Shown in pieces: positions 50,031 through 63,092 of a stretch of DNA of 64,000 bases. A program made the position numbers and the translations under genes. The stretch comes from Octopus vulgaris. Lineage: Eukaryota. The stretch lies in contig OX597818.1 of NCBI GenBank assembly GCA_951406725.2, positions 131,750,001 to 131,814,000 of the forward strand, given 5' to 3'. Numbering within the stretch: the first letter of the stretch is position 1; every line of letters starts with the position of its first letter. The notes under the pieces were generated by a model. The model had not been told where the DNA came from, did not search any database, and saw nothing but the letters and a program-made list of their open reading frames with translations.

Positions 50031-51140
50031 TGGTATCACTGGTAAACTGGGAGAGTAGTTGCATGGCTTCCTTAAAAACAGAAGTCACCTAGTTGCAGCC
50101 AATGGCGCCCTTTCTGAAGAGACTGAAATCATAAGTGGTGTCCCCCATGGAACTGTTCTGAGGTCATTGCTGTTTATCATAGCCCTGATAGACATGCCCA
50201 CTGTCAACTCAGACAGCCATTGTCAGTAGCTATGCTGATGACACAAAATTATCACAAGCAGTAAAAAATGAAGAGGATGTTACAAGCTTACAGTGTACAA
50301 GTGGGCCAAAATAAACAACATGTAGTCTAATACTGGAAAATTTCAAGCACTGCAATACAAACTCAGTACAAATACAGTACAACGTACATTTACAGGACCC
50401 GAAGGCACTACAATCCCAGAGTCACAGGCAGTGAAAGACTCGGGGATCAGCATGTGCAATGACGCATCATTTAATATGCACATAAGATGGTAGCAAAGTG
50501 CAGACAACTGGCAGGATGGATACTGAAGTCCTTCGGGACAAGAAACCACGAAATTATGTTGACCCTGTGGAGAACCTTTGCTCTCAGCCACCTGAAGCAG
50601 TCCAATGCCACTACACTAAAAAGATTGATACAGTGCAGTGGATGAGCTATAGGGATAGGCTGAGAAAACTACAGCTCTACTCCTTGGAGCAAAAGCATAA
50701 CATATGCAATAATATACATATGGAAAATCCTAGAAAGGGCTAGTACCCACCTTTGTCATTGAGTGTTATACAAATGCCAGAACTGGCCGCCATTGTATTG
50801 TACCAAAGGTACCATCCACTCCATCTAAATTCAGGACCAGGTATTGCAATAGTCTAGGGTTCAAAGGCCAACAGCTTTTCAATGCCCTGTTACAAAAATT
50901 AAGAAATTTGAACGAGGTGGAAGTAGATATCTTCAAAAAGATACCAAATGAACTAACAGCCCGACATGAGGTACAGACGAGGGCAGCAGAATCAAACTCA
51001 ATTATACATCAAAGGAAAGCTGGGAAAGAGGAAGGAGTGGTGATGTGAAACACCCAGAGTGAGGAAGTTAGGAAGAACATGGTAGTGCTCCAGCATGACC
51101 ACAGCCACATACCTGAAATGAATAAAAGAAAGTAAAAGAG
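50031..51140 (+). mobile_element. CR1-clade LINE, 5'-truncated, 3' end retained
   Basis: GITGKLGE..FLKNR, ISGVPHGTVL, SYADDTK, LRKLQLYSLE, GQQLFNAL, QTRAAESNSIIHQ; tail gtgctccagcatgaccacagcc...ctgaaatgaataaaagaaagtaaaagag. Confidence 0.92.
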
Positions 51141-51569
51141 AATATATATATATATATATAAAAAGAAAAGTATATATATATAAATATATATATATATGTA
51201 AATATATATGTATAAATATATATAGAAATATTATTATTTCTAAGTCTCTCTAAAGGAGACTACGGCAGCGGTACTGGATATTAACAGTTATCGCCAAGCT
51301 AATATGGCAGTCCATAAATATATGACTAGAGCTGCCGTTGATTAGCTCCAAGAGGCCATCGCATCTAGCTAGCTATATGACACACAAACCTGTGTCCATT
51401 ATAACCTTCGAACAGGGGAGGTCAGCCACTTCCCCTTGCTGGTCAGGCATCTGCAGACATGTCATCATGTCTGTCATCATTACACTTTTGAGAGAAATTG
51501 AGTGTACAGACGCTGGATGCTCGTTGGTTGGATTCTCCCTGTTTTTTTAAAGATGCAGCCTTCTCATAC

Positions 51570-51920
51570 ATACAAAACAATCTTCCCAGTTAGCCATCCT
51601 TTGATATTGTTGCACCTCTTATGTGTCCATAGCTTACACTGGGTAGATCTTATGGAGTTTCTGCCTATGTCTTTTCTACAGATCGAGCAGGGCCATCTAC
51701 CTGAAGGGATTTGTGGTTTGTCTGCCTTCCTACTTACTAAGATTTTGGGTTTAGCTAGGTTGACTCTAAGGCCCTTCGATTCTAATCCTTGCTTCCACAC
51801 CTGAAACCTTTCCCCTAGTTCTGATAGTGACTCAGCAATTAGAGCAAGGTGATCAACATAGAGGAGCTCCCAGGGGCAGCCTGTCTTGTATTCCTCTGTT
51901 ATTACCCAGAGGACTATGAT
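51570..51920 (-). mobile_element. RTE-clade RT fragment with Cys/His-rich insert
   Basis: KTGCPWELLYVDHLAL (YADD), KGLRVNLAK.K, WPCSICRK..GRNSIR.TQCKLWTHKRC. Confidence 0.88.
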
Positions 51921-51925
51921 AATAT

Positions 51926-51979
<54 letters not shown>

Positions 51980-52924
51980 TTCTCATGTATAATCAATTGG
52001 ATGCTTTTAATTCCAATGATGAGTATTCAGTTTGTTGATCATCCTAACATCTAGATCATTGAAGGTGTGTATTTCACAAACACATGTACCTTCTCACCAG
52101 AAGCAGTGTGTATGTGTGAGAAGGCTGCATCTTTAAAAAAAAACAGGGACAATCCAACTAATGAGCTTCTGTTTACTCAATTTCTCTCAAAAGTGTAAAT
52201 TGCTGAAAACTACAGAAAATGGTACTTGCCTACCATACCATTCAGTGGGGAAAAAACCCAAGATTTCCTTAATGTAAAGCAAACTTTTTAACCATTTTTA
52301 CCGTTTTCACAAGTATGATTATATTTCCTTTAAACAAACTGTCACTAAATCTGAATGTTAGAATAGTTTGTTTCAAAGAAATGGAGTAACTGATCAGGTG
52401 CTTATGAGCAACTCTTAGGCCCAGTATTGACACATATATCATAGTTATGAGTGAGAATACAGAATGATACTCAGGGCATGGCGCATGTTTTTCAGTCCAG
52501 TCTGTTTCTCATTTGCACATACTAAAAATGGTAGGACCATGGTGTTAATACAAATACATATGCAAGCAAACACACATACAACATACCAGGAAAGCACAGA
52601 TTATTTCTTATTTAGAAGTAGATAACATGGTTTCTGTTGAAGATTATTTACTGAAGTGAGGAAGGTTAATTTGCAGGGTTCTTAGAGTATTGAATAGAAT
52701 GCTTCCCGGAACCTGGTCTGACTATTCACTTTGAGCTCAAGTCTTACCATGGTCAAATTTGGTTTTTATCCTTTCGGATAGAATAGAAAAAAAATAATAC
52801 CAACCCAGGATGGTGGATTAGCAAAACTGTTAAAGCTTGGACAAGATGCCTTGCAATATCAGTTCCAACCCTTTGTGTTCTAACTGTAATGCCTTTTCTT
52901 GTCTTCCCGCTTCCCTAAATTCCA

Positions 52925-53085
52925 TCCACTGGCTTGTTTCAGTTCCAGTTCACCAGATCCTCTCCCAAGGCTTTATTCAGACTAGAGTTTATGGTAGAAA
53001 ATATTTACTTGAGGTGCTGCGGAAAGAAGCTAAACCTGAAATCAAGCATCCAGAAAGTGAACTTCTTAATCACTCAGCCATGCCT
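52925..53085 (-). mobile_element. Decayed SINE S1 head
   Basis: Reverse-complement similarity to the S1 head (cactcagccatgcctg, caaggcttt). Confidence 0.6.
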
Positions 53086-53376
53086 GTAGCTACTATGTGC
53101 ATTGAAATATTTTCTTAAATGATATTTGGAAACTGGAGATATGTTGCTTGCCATCTGTGTTTGTGTGTATGTCTGTATTCTTTTATTTTTTGTTTCATTT
53201 ATTGAACTGCAGATATGCTGGGGTATCAACTTGAAGGATTTTGGTTGTTCCATTTTGTAACCAGTATTCATTTCAGCCTGGTGCATATTATATCAGTTTC
53301 ACTTGACCGACAAATTTTATAGAGTATAAAGGCAGACAACAACATAATCAACACACACACAAGGGTATACACAAAA

Positions 53377-53779
53377 GGTGCAGGAGTGGCAAGTAGCTTG
53401 CTTACCAACCACATGGTTCTGGGTTCATTCCCACAGCCAGGCATCTTGGGCAAGTGTCTTCTACTATAGCCTCGGGTCGACCAAAGCCTTGTGAGTGGAT
53501 TTGGTAGACAGAAACTGAAAGAAGCCTGTCGTATATATGTATATATATATATAGGTATGTGTGTGTATACGTTTGTGTGTCTTTTTTGTACCCCAACATC
53601 GCTTGACAACCGATGGTGGTGTGTTTACGTCCCCATCACTTAGTGGTTTGGCAAAAGAGACTGATAGAATAAGTACTAGGCTTCCAAAGAATAAGTCCTG
53701 GGATCGATTTGTTCGACCAAAGGTGGTGCTCCAGCATGGCCGCAGTCAAATGACTGAAACAAGTAAAAGAGTAAAGAGT
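53377..53779 (+). mobile_element. SINE S1, full length
   Basis: Same structure as 6989-7402. Confidence 0.93.
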
Positions 53780-56700
53780 ATACCTTTTTCCATTTGACAA
53801 TTGCTGCTACAATCCATTGTAATAGTTGGAAATTTGTACAGATTTTTAAAAAATTGGAGTTCTAAATTTCAGGACTAATATTTCGATTAAACATTGGTTA
53901 AACATATTCATTTCACTTCCGCAGTTACTGTGAAATAGGGAAATTTTTGAAATCACACTAGAATGGGAAATGTTTTAAAGATTTGGTTCCTATATTGTCA
54001 TGCTACCAAATATTGCTCAGCAAGTGAAGTAGAAAATCATTTTAAAAAGGAAATATATTACACGAGATTTAAATTAAATTATTATTCTTATATTTTTGAT
54101 TCTATTCAAAAAGCTAGTTATATAGAGGCAAAAATTATAGATAATAGATTATTGCTACTTTTATTTAGCCATAATTTCTATGCAAGAGTAGTAATGACAA
54201 AATTGATTTAACTTTTTCATGTACCTCCTTTGTTTGACTGCTGTACCGTAATCTTTCTCTTTCAGCTATTTTATATTGTATAATATGCATATAGCACACA
54301 TCATACATAAATATATATATACACACACACACTTACAGAACTTTTCAAGAAGAAAGCTCAATATTTGTATTTTATTGTTTAAATGAGTATTACATGTATA
54401 TATAACAAGTAGAAGTGTTAAATTTTCAATATTCACCGTCAGTCATTTCATTGTTATATAAAATAGAAATAAGCTACATCACAATTATTTGATGTGCACA
54501 ACTTTTTCCCATGTTTTATATTTTATCATTTCAATGTATATGCTACAATGTTAGTCCAACTTAACAGTAATTCTTATTTTGCCTTTCATATATCTGTGAA
54601 GCATGCCAAGACTATTCTTTATATAACTTTCTTTACTCATTCACGTATGCAAGTTTTCATAAGATTTTGCGCTCACATTCTTATTCTTTCTTGCTTTGCA
54701 CTTATAAGATCTATGAGCCAATTTAGGTGCATTCTTTATTTTCAAGAAGCCATAGAAATTGAAATAACCTCTTGACAGAATTTTCTCAATAATCAGCATT
54801 TATAAAGATTCTATTACACAATGTTTAATTATCAAACCATTTTTACTAGAAGTTCCTGCTGTATTACACAATATAATACAATGAATTTTGCTTATCCATT
54901 TAACGTATTTTGATATTTGCTATTAGTTTGATATTATTCATTATCTGCAGGTATCTCTTTTTTTTTTTTCAATTTAAGTTATGCCATCAATTTACAAAAG
55001 TAAAAATGTTATTTTATATTTTGAATTTTTAAATAAAATAAAAATAAATTAGTAAAATAGCAGAAAATACAATTGTATAACTTCTAAATAAAATAATATC
55101 AGACATGTGAATTCTGTTCTTCCTACTTATATTTATCTTTCCACATAAATACATTCTGATAACTATACATGGATTAAATGGTATTCATTTCCAACCTCTT
55201 ACAAATGATCTGTTGTTGCTTAGTTGATTTTCTCAAAGCAGCCAAGATTCAAAGATATATTTCTTGATACAGAAAGAAGAATATTAAAACAATGTCGATA
55301 AGGTAATTCCCAATTGCTTAATTTTGCAACAAACCTTGAAGAATGCTGTAAGAAATTGAAAGAAACTGCTGAAAATTCTAAATAATATGAGATTTATTTA
55401 TTAGAGAATTACAGAAAATTTATCTACAAATAATATTTATATAGGAATTTGAACAACAAAAATAGTTTTAAGTTAATGTAAGAAATAAAAAACATTGCAA
55501 TATATTTTAAAATTTGACTAGGTATTTTTGGTTTGTAATTATAAAAATAGTCACTTCAAACAATGTCTGAGTTCATACACATCACCAGTGTATAGATTTT
55601 TATCATTTTGTGGATTAATTTAAATCTATATTCAAATTAACATAGAAATGTCCCTGAAGAAATGCAATCACAAACCAAGTTATTTTAAAATATAAATAAA
55701 AAGAAATTAGTACAAAAAACCCCCAGTAACATACAAGAAGTTACATAAAAAAATATTTCATCAATAACATTTTAAGTTGCCATACTAGGGTCTCATAAGA
55801 GTTCTAAAGTAACAAATAGGAAATTTAACCATGTATTCTATTGATCAGCAGCATATAATCAATCCAGTCAAAGAATAAGATGTGTTTTATTTATTAATTC
55901 ATTCACTCTAAGAGTTTTAAGTGAAATACAAAACCTTTAATACAAAAATAATGAAATGCAGGAAATTAGCAAAATGTATAAATAAAAATATTAACTACAA
56001 AAAGAAAAAAAAAAGGAAAATTAAAATTACTCACTAAATCCCAAATGATGGGATTCAAAAATAATCTATTCTAGCTTCAGATATTGATAAGAATGTGAAA
56101 AAAAAAGAGAGAAAAAGAGAGAGAGAAACAAATAGTACATACAAACACGAACAAAAGGAAGCATAAAACTTAAAGTGATATATCACTCAAAATTTTGCAA
56201 CAGATATTTATGAAATATCATATTGTAGTTATTGTAGTTGATGTTTCTAAGTCCCTGAAGTTCCAATCATTTTATCTTATATCAGTTTTTGTTGGTTTTC
56301 TATGTCTTTCATGAAATTCTGTATAGACATAGAAAGATTAATTTTCAAAGTAATAAGATGCAGAAAGATACCTTGAATGAACTGCTATTTCATTAGAATA
56401 TCTCATGCATACAGATGTGTATATCTATATACTATGAAGAGTATACATACAAATGTATATCCAGCTATGCATAAAAAAATATTTGCCATTATCTTTTAAA
56501 TATTATCATTAGCACTGTCATATTTCTGAAAACTGCATCTCTGGATTCTTTTATGCCTTATTTCAAGCAACATATTTAAATGATAACAGATCTCGGAATA
56601 AAAAAAGAAAAGATACAAAATACTACAAAAGCGGTGCTAAATATCTTGACCTCCCAACTTTTGAAACAAAGTGATATTTTTCTTCTCTAATTGTTATGCA

Positions 56701-57365
56701 ACATTAGAATAGATTTCAGTGAAAATCTGATTCACAGAACAGCACATGTACAACAAATGGTTTTAGAGGGAAAAGCTTCATATGAATAAATTATGGTTAA
56801 GGTAAAGAAACCATGAAATTTAGTCTGCTTTCAAATTCTATTTAGAAATTTCACTGAACTTTTAAACAAAAAATGGGTGAAGAATCAGCACCAGTTTCCT
56901 GGCCTGGATTATTAACTTCACATCTGTTCTCGAGAACTCACAGTGTTCAGTAAACATCTATGATAGAAGTAACTACAAAATAAAAGAATTACTGACCTTT
57001 GTAAATTAATCGCTTATATAAATTCATTCTTGTTTATATTAAAGTGGCAGTTTTTGACAAACAAAAGTGTTTAAACTGCTTTATTGTTCATAGGAATAAA
57101 TAACTTTAGCAATTATGAGTAAAAAGATATTTACTAATTTGTAACAATATATGTTAGTTGAAGATACTGAATCAGGAACAAGTTTCTATTAATTTCCACA
57201 TGTCACTGATAAAACATCAATAAAACCATGTTAATGCTTATCAGTAAACCAATACAATAGCATGCTTTATTTCAGGTTGTTTACAAAAAAAACAGAAATA
57301 ATAGTATAATTATTGGTGACAGAAGCAGTATTATTACAAAAAGGCAATCTTTATATTCAACTTAA

Positions 57366-57717
57366 TATGGATGTTATGTTGGAACACTGAATACTGTAGT
57401 ATTTACCTTAAGAGGACATTTCATATGGATGCACAGTGCATAAAAGCACAATATTTATAACACTGGCAGATGAGAATTACCTGCTGCAGGTGCCAAAACT
57501 GCCAGATCATGTGATTTCGACATATTCTGTTTCATCCAATGACAGATGTCCACTAGCTGCTTACCAGTTGAAACTCTGTCAATAATGTACAGAATTCATG
57601 GGAGATGCTCATTATAGATGATTCTCATCTGCCAGTGATATACATATGTGTGCTTTTATGCACCATGCATCCACATGAGAGGCCCACAGTAGTCGGTGTT
57701 CTAACTTAACATCCTGG
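57366..57717. mobile_element. TTAA-flanked fold-back MITE with inverted arms of about 100-115 bp
   Basis: TTAA at 57362-57365 and 57718-57721; for example cactggcagatgagaat pairs with attctcatctgccagtg. Confidence 0.82.
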
Positions 57718-58017
57718 TTAAGAGATAAAATAGAGCTAAACTTTAAAAAAAATAATGAAGAAGGAATTTGCTGATAGCTGAATTAAGATTGATCACTAAA
57801 TTGTAAGGTTGCGAGCAGTGAATTTATCTTGTCTTTCTAGATAATGTATGGAATAAGAAGGAGCATGTATCTACTGTAATGTATCAATAGTAGGAGCAAA
57901 GTTTAAAATAGTTAACTAAGAAAACGCTCTGAATTTTAAAAAAATAACTTTCAATTAAATGATAAAAAAAAAAAATTATACTGTAAAATTGCAGTCAATG
58001 TATAAAGTGTATGGTCT

Positions 58018-58209
58018 TAGCACCTTCTTAGGCATGGACATACAGGGCAGTTACCCAGGAGCCTGCAATAGGTGTAGGGTCCCAGGGACCAGCTACAACT
58101 TTAGGGGCCTTGGTGCTAGTCTATATATGCTGTGCTTAACTGTTGATAAATGCAGGGGCCACATGGCATTGCTTTGCCTAAGGCTTATGATAATCTTAAG
58201 AAGGCCTTG
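58018..58209. mobile_element. hAT-like MITE
   Basis: Imperfect TIRs (tagcaccttctta / taagaaggccttg); 8-bp flanks tatggtct / tatggcat (6/8). Confidence 0.55.
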
Positions 58210-58600
58210 TATGGCATTACTTGGTTTACAAGTGCAGAGAGAAGAAATGAATCAATTTTTATATAACTTTTGTTTGAGCTGGAGTTGGTTAATGAATTAG
58301 GAACATTCTACACTATACTAACCTCAAAACATGCTGTTGTAAGATTTAGGGACTCAAGCATGGCATGTTTTAATTCCTAAATATTGGTAGGTTGTTTGTT
58401 GGAAGAAATTTTGTAAATACACTGACCATCCCAAGCAATTACTCAACAAATAACTTTAAGATCTGGAGGCTATGTGCTAGTCTATGGTGCAAAGAGGCAC
58501 ACATATTTATATAGCTATATATACAATTGTCTTCCATATAGTTTCTGCCTAACAATTTCACTCACAAGGCAGTGACATGCCCATGTGTATGTTTATATAA

Positions 58601-58643
<43 letters not shown>

Positions 58644-59108
58644 AATACACACACACACACAAGCATGCACAGGTGTGTGTGTGTATGTGAGAGACAGAGC
58701 GAGAGAGAGCGAAATAGAGCAACACCAGAGAGAGTGGCTAAGAAAATGCCACAAAAGACTATAATCAACTAAGAAGTAGTCCATTGCAATTTTATCATCT
58801 GGCTGATTCCACATGTACTACAGATAATGCTTCTGAAATCATAGGTTCATCAATCCCTGGTGAGCTAAGATCCACCATAAACAAATTCAAGCTGTCAGTA
58901 TTTCTTTCAAGAATGACAACGATATGTGTAAATATATTTTACTAACATAAGCTTATTTTCAAAGGCATACAAAAAGTATTTGGGAGAATCAGTTGGATAG
59001 TATTTACAATTAAGATGTTTATATGGAATTCTGAAACATAACCAACAGTTTTTGGAAATATCTGCCCAACATTATAGATGACTAATGATTAAATAGCTTT
59101 ATTATTTA

Positions 59109-59505
59109 CTAGCAGTATCGCCCGGCATTGCTCGGGTTTGTAAGGGAAATAACTATATAAGCATTTTTAGAGAGTTATAGCCAAAAAAAGCAAAAAAATG
59201 CATTAAAAATGGAAAAAAAATGATGGTAAATTTTTAAAAAATCGTTGACTCATCGTAGACATTTTTAGAGAGTTACTTCCCTTATATAATAGCGAAAAAA
59301 ATGCATTAAAATGGAAAAAAATGATGGTAAATTATTTTTAAAATCGTAGACTCATCGTAGACGCACGCTAATACCCAGAAGGGCTCGATATGAATCACGA
59401 CTATAAGATACCCGGTTTTGGTTAAACGGCACCGCAAAATGTGGGAGTAGTTAGGAATCTAAATTGTAGGAGACAGACACACAACTTCACTCTTATATAT
59501 AAACA
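59109..59505 (-). mobile_element. Non-autonomous Helitron
   Basis: The minus-strand 3' end has the hairpin cccgagcaatgccggg followed by CTAG|T; there is no TSD; internal tandem duplication of about 100 bp (59162-59260 / 59260-59362). Confidence 0.85.
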
Positions 59506-59934
59506 TGCAGAGGTGAAACCATGTATTCAAACTTATCTATTTAAGATAGATACGAGATGTGTGTGTGCTAATGCTGGTAAGCTAAGGATTCCACTTATGA
59601 GCTAGTATCCTAGTTTCTTCATTAATTTATCTATTGTCTGATTATAGAGCTTCTGATAACAGAGATATTTTCAGTTCAAAAGTATCCGTCAGTGGATGAA
59701 TAACGTTATTGGATTCTAAGAGACATCACTGGATTCTAACTCTTCTGGCTACACCAGCATGAGTAGAAGTCATCCCTGTGAGCTAATTAACCACAGTTCA
59801 GTTTTACAGTGCTGCCGCTGTTTATAGAGTTATCCTGTGCAGATAGATTAATGAAATGTCTGCAAATTAGAAATCCTGGTTAGATATAATATTGTGATGT
59901 ATCTTACTGAATGAAATCTTGGTAGGGTTTTTTG

Positions 59935-60640
59935 TTTTACTTGTAGGGTCTAAAGGAAGGTGTAATGCCCATGGCCCTTGCAGGCCCTCCTATTTGAGTG
60001 AGACTAATGCCATTAACTCTTTAGTGTTCGCATTATTCTACCAAAATTAATGCTTTTTCATCCACCTTGTTTTGAATTCATCATGCATTATCTTGTAACT
60101 TTGAGAGTCTGATGAGGTAATTGTTAATTTTTAAAACGATATTGTAGGGTTGGTGTGAGAGACCAGATCTGGCCAGTTTGAACATAAAACAGGCAGAATA
60201 CTTTTGGCCGGGTATGGCTGGTTTAAATGCTAAAGGGTTAATGTTGTTCTAGGACCTTAGCAATTCAATGCCTGCAGGAAAGATATGAGCAGAGACAGAA
60301 TTCCAGAGTGTTCTTATTTAGGGAAGGGAGAACTAAGCAGAGGGACTAGTGTGGAGCCTTGAGTGGGAAACTGGACACATGGGTGATGATTCGAAGAGAA
60401 GTGAATGGGACAGAAATGTCTTAGTGGAGGTAATGTGAGCTGAACCAGCTCTGAGAAGCAGAAGTAGGAGAGAAAGAGAGAGAGGAAAGACAACACACTT
60501 GTGGGTCAGATGCTGGAGTGTATCTGTGAGAGACTCTATTCCAATCTGTCAGGTAGCCATTTTCTAGAACCAAGAATGTTTAAGTGTGCAAAAGCAGCAC
60601 TGTTCAACATATGATAGTAATATTCCAATGTAGGGAAACT
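59935..60640 (-). mobile_element. Non-LTR LINE 3' end (CR1/jockey-like), split by a MITE
   Basis: PTLEYY.H...HLNIL, LSLFLSYFCFSELVQLTLPP, LWNS and NNIN blocks; continues across the MITE TTAA. Confidence 0.65.
60017..60237. mobile_element. piggyBac-type MITE, family B
   Basis: TTAA-ctctttag...ctaaaggg-TTAA; highly similar to 41338-41558. Confidence 0.9.
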
Positions 60641-62207
60641 GGTATATTTTTGAATACACCCACCTGTGTTTTACCAAGTATTTTGTTTTAAATTTTCAGT
60701 CTTGAAGAACTTAGCTTCCACCTCATAGTATTATATAGATGAATAAGTTTCTCTCTAGAGATTGCAACAAAGATTTGTTTTTTAAATCTATGCAAAGAAC
60801 TACTTCAGTTTTCATGTAATGAAACTGAAATAGTGCATCAAGCACATAATTCAAGAACATGCCTACAGTTGTAATATTTCTTTTTTTAAAATTTCTTTAA
60901 ATGACAAAACAGAGGATAACAATTAGACACAGGTTGTGCCCTATTTCTTTTGAATTTATGTAAGAGTAAAGATTTTGATATATCAAATATAACTCTAAAT
61001 ATTCTAATTTGAAATAACTAAATTGTTCAGGAGAACTATAGTAAAAATATATCTCTGTCTGCCATTTATAACAAGTTAGCAGGAAGTCCCAATAGCACAC
61101 TGAGTAAATATCTATATTAAACAATTTTCTCATATAAAGTTGTCATGCTTATAGTAAAAATTAATTGAAAACTATAGGTAAGAGCAATTTCTTTTCAAAT
61201 AATAACAAAGATTATTAATTCATAGATGAACACATATATTTTTAAGTAGAAAAAATGATCAGGTTTGTATGAATAGTAAGTTCTTAAAAATCCTGTATTC
61301 TGAGAAAATATCAAAAACAACATAGCAGAAAACAAATTATTCATCTAACCAGGGAGTCTATTAATCAAGTTAACAAAAATCAGTGAATTCTATGTAACAG
61401 TCTTTTTTGTTGTTGTTGTTTTTATTTTCATCTATTATTGTATCTATTTCTTTAAATTTCTTTTACCTGAAAAAGAAACATTCTTTTATTATTCTTTTAT
61501 TAAAAGGTTCTTTTTGGAATTTAGAGATTCTTTTCTTTTTTTTTTCTTTTCTCTTTAAATTGATTTATAAGAAATGTAATAAAAATGTTTCCTTAAGCAA
61601 AAGAAGTTATCTATATAGATATAGAGATTTTTAAGAACACTAAAGACACTTTACATTCTTAATGATTAAAGAATCAGCCTCCAGTGATGCAGAAAGTTTA
61701 ATCAAATTTATCCATTGAATGTTTAATTTAGTTCATATGCTCAAAGCTAACATACAACACAAAATAGAAATGTTTGTTTTTTGTTTGTTTGTTTGTTTGG
61801 GTTTTTTATTTATTTATTTTATTTTTTTATTTTACATCTATATTAGAATTGTAGAGTGTAAACCTAAGGCTGTCTACCTACCGTGAAGCAGATAAGATAC
61901 TAGTTTGGTCAATTTGACACATTAATAATTATGCAACTGACCGTGAAGATTTTCATGTTTTGTGTTATTTTCTTCAAGAAATTTATTTTAAGAGAGAAAA
62001 TCTCGTATTGTGTAGACAAACTCAAATATTAAGTAGTATTTCAAATATTTTATCTGATATATAAAATATATCAAATACTACTTAATATATCAAATATTAA
62101 GTAGTATTTCATATATTTTCTTTAAAAAAGTTTCATAAATTATACAGTTGGATTAGATATACTAAGTCAAAATATATGAAGAGATTTCAGTATTATTCAT
62201 TCTTCTA

Positions 62208-62395
62208 AGGCAACAAGCAAGCAGAATCATTACCATACCAGGTAAAATGCTTAGTGGCATTTTGTCAATCTTTATGTCCTGAGTTCAAATTATGTCAAGG
62301 TTGAAATAAATAAGTACCAACTGAGCACTGGGTTTGATGTAATTGACCTACTCCTTCTTCAAAATTTACTGGCCTCGTGCCATAATTTGAAAACA
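62208..62395 (+). mobile_element. Old SINE, family S3 (degenerate copies also at about 31200, 39600, 52740 and 63140)
   Basis: gagttcaaat B box, aataagtacca..tgagcactggg, tail ggcctcgtgccataatttgaaa. Confidence 0.6.
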
Positions 62396-62702
62396 ATACT
62401 AGTTACTCTTCGTTGCTTTCATAGAAAACAATTAGTTAAATTGAAAGTTAGCAATGGTCATAGGAATAACTTTAGGTGAGAAGAGTTATGACTTTTTATC
62501 TTACAAATGGCATAAAGGAATAGTAAGAAAAACAAAGAGAGAACTTTTTAGTGAAATCTCAAACTAATCAAAAATTGATGTAAGTTCACTATATAAATAA
62601 ACAACCCAATGGAAATTAATATTTTTGGTATTTAACAAGTTAGTATATTTTAAGTAACATAGACTTCTTCTGTCTAGCCAAAAATACTAATTTTCAAAGG
62701 AA

Positions 62703-63092
62703 TCATCATCATCATCAATTAATGTCCATTGTCCACGCTGGCATGGGTAGGGCAGTTTGACCAGAGCTAGTAAGCTGGAAGGCTGCACCTGACTTCAGTC
62801 TGATTTGGCATGGTTTTCTATGGCTGGAAGCCCTTCCTAACTCCCACCACTCCGAGAGTGTAATGAGTGCTTTTACATGTCACCAGCACAGGTGCCATTT
62901 ACCTGACACCAGTATCTGACACATCTGTGATTTTGCTTGGCTTGATGGGTCTTCTTCTCAAGCATGACATAATGCCAAAGGTCTCAGTCATTGCCTCCAT
63001 GAAGCCCAACACACAAAAGAAACTCAGCCATTTTGCCTCTGTGAGGCCCAATGCTTGAAAGGAACTCAGCCACTTTGCCTCCACGAGGCCCA
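62703..63092 (-). mobile_element. RTE LINE 3' end with 3' UTR and (TGA)n tail
   Basis: LGLTEA / EAMT..DLWHY..LEKKTHQAK ORF end with a tandem duplication of about 42 bp; the UTR matches the tail of 14537-14762 and 25270-25760. Confidence 0.85.

Noticed and set aside
52055-52095. ttgaag-gtg...cac-aaac-acat-gta as a hammerhead
   Set aside because: Several core positions deviate and stem I does not pair; too weak to report separately.
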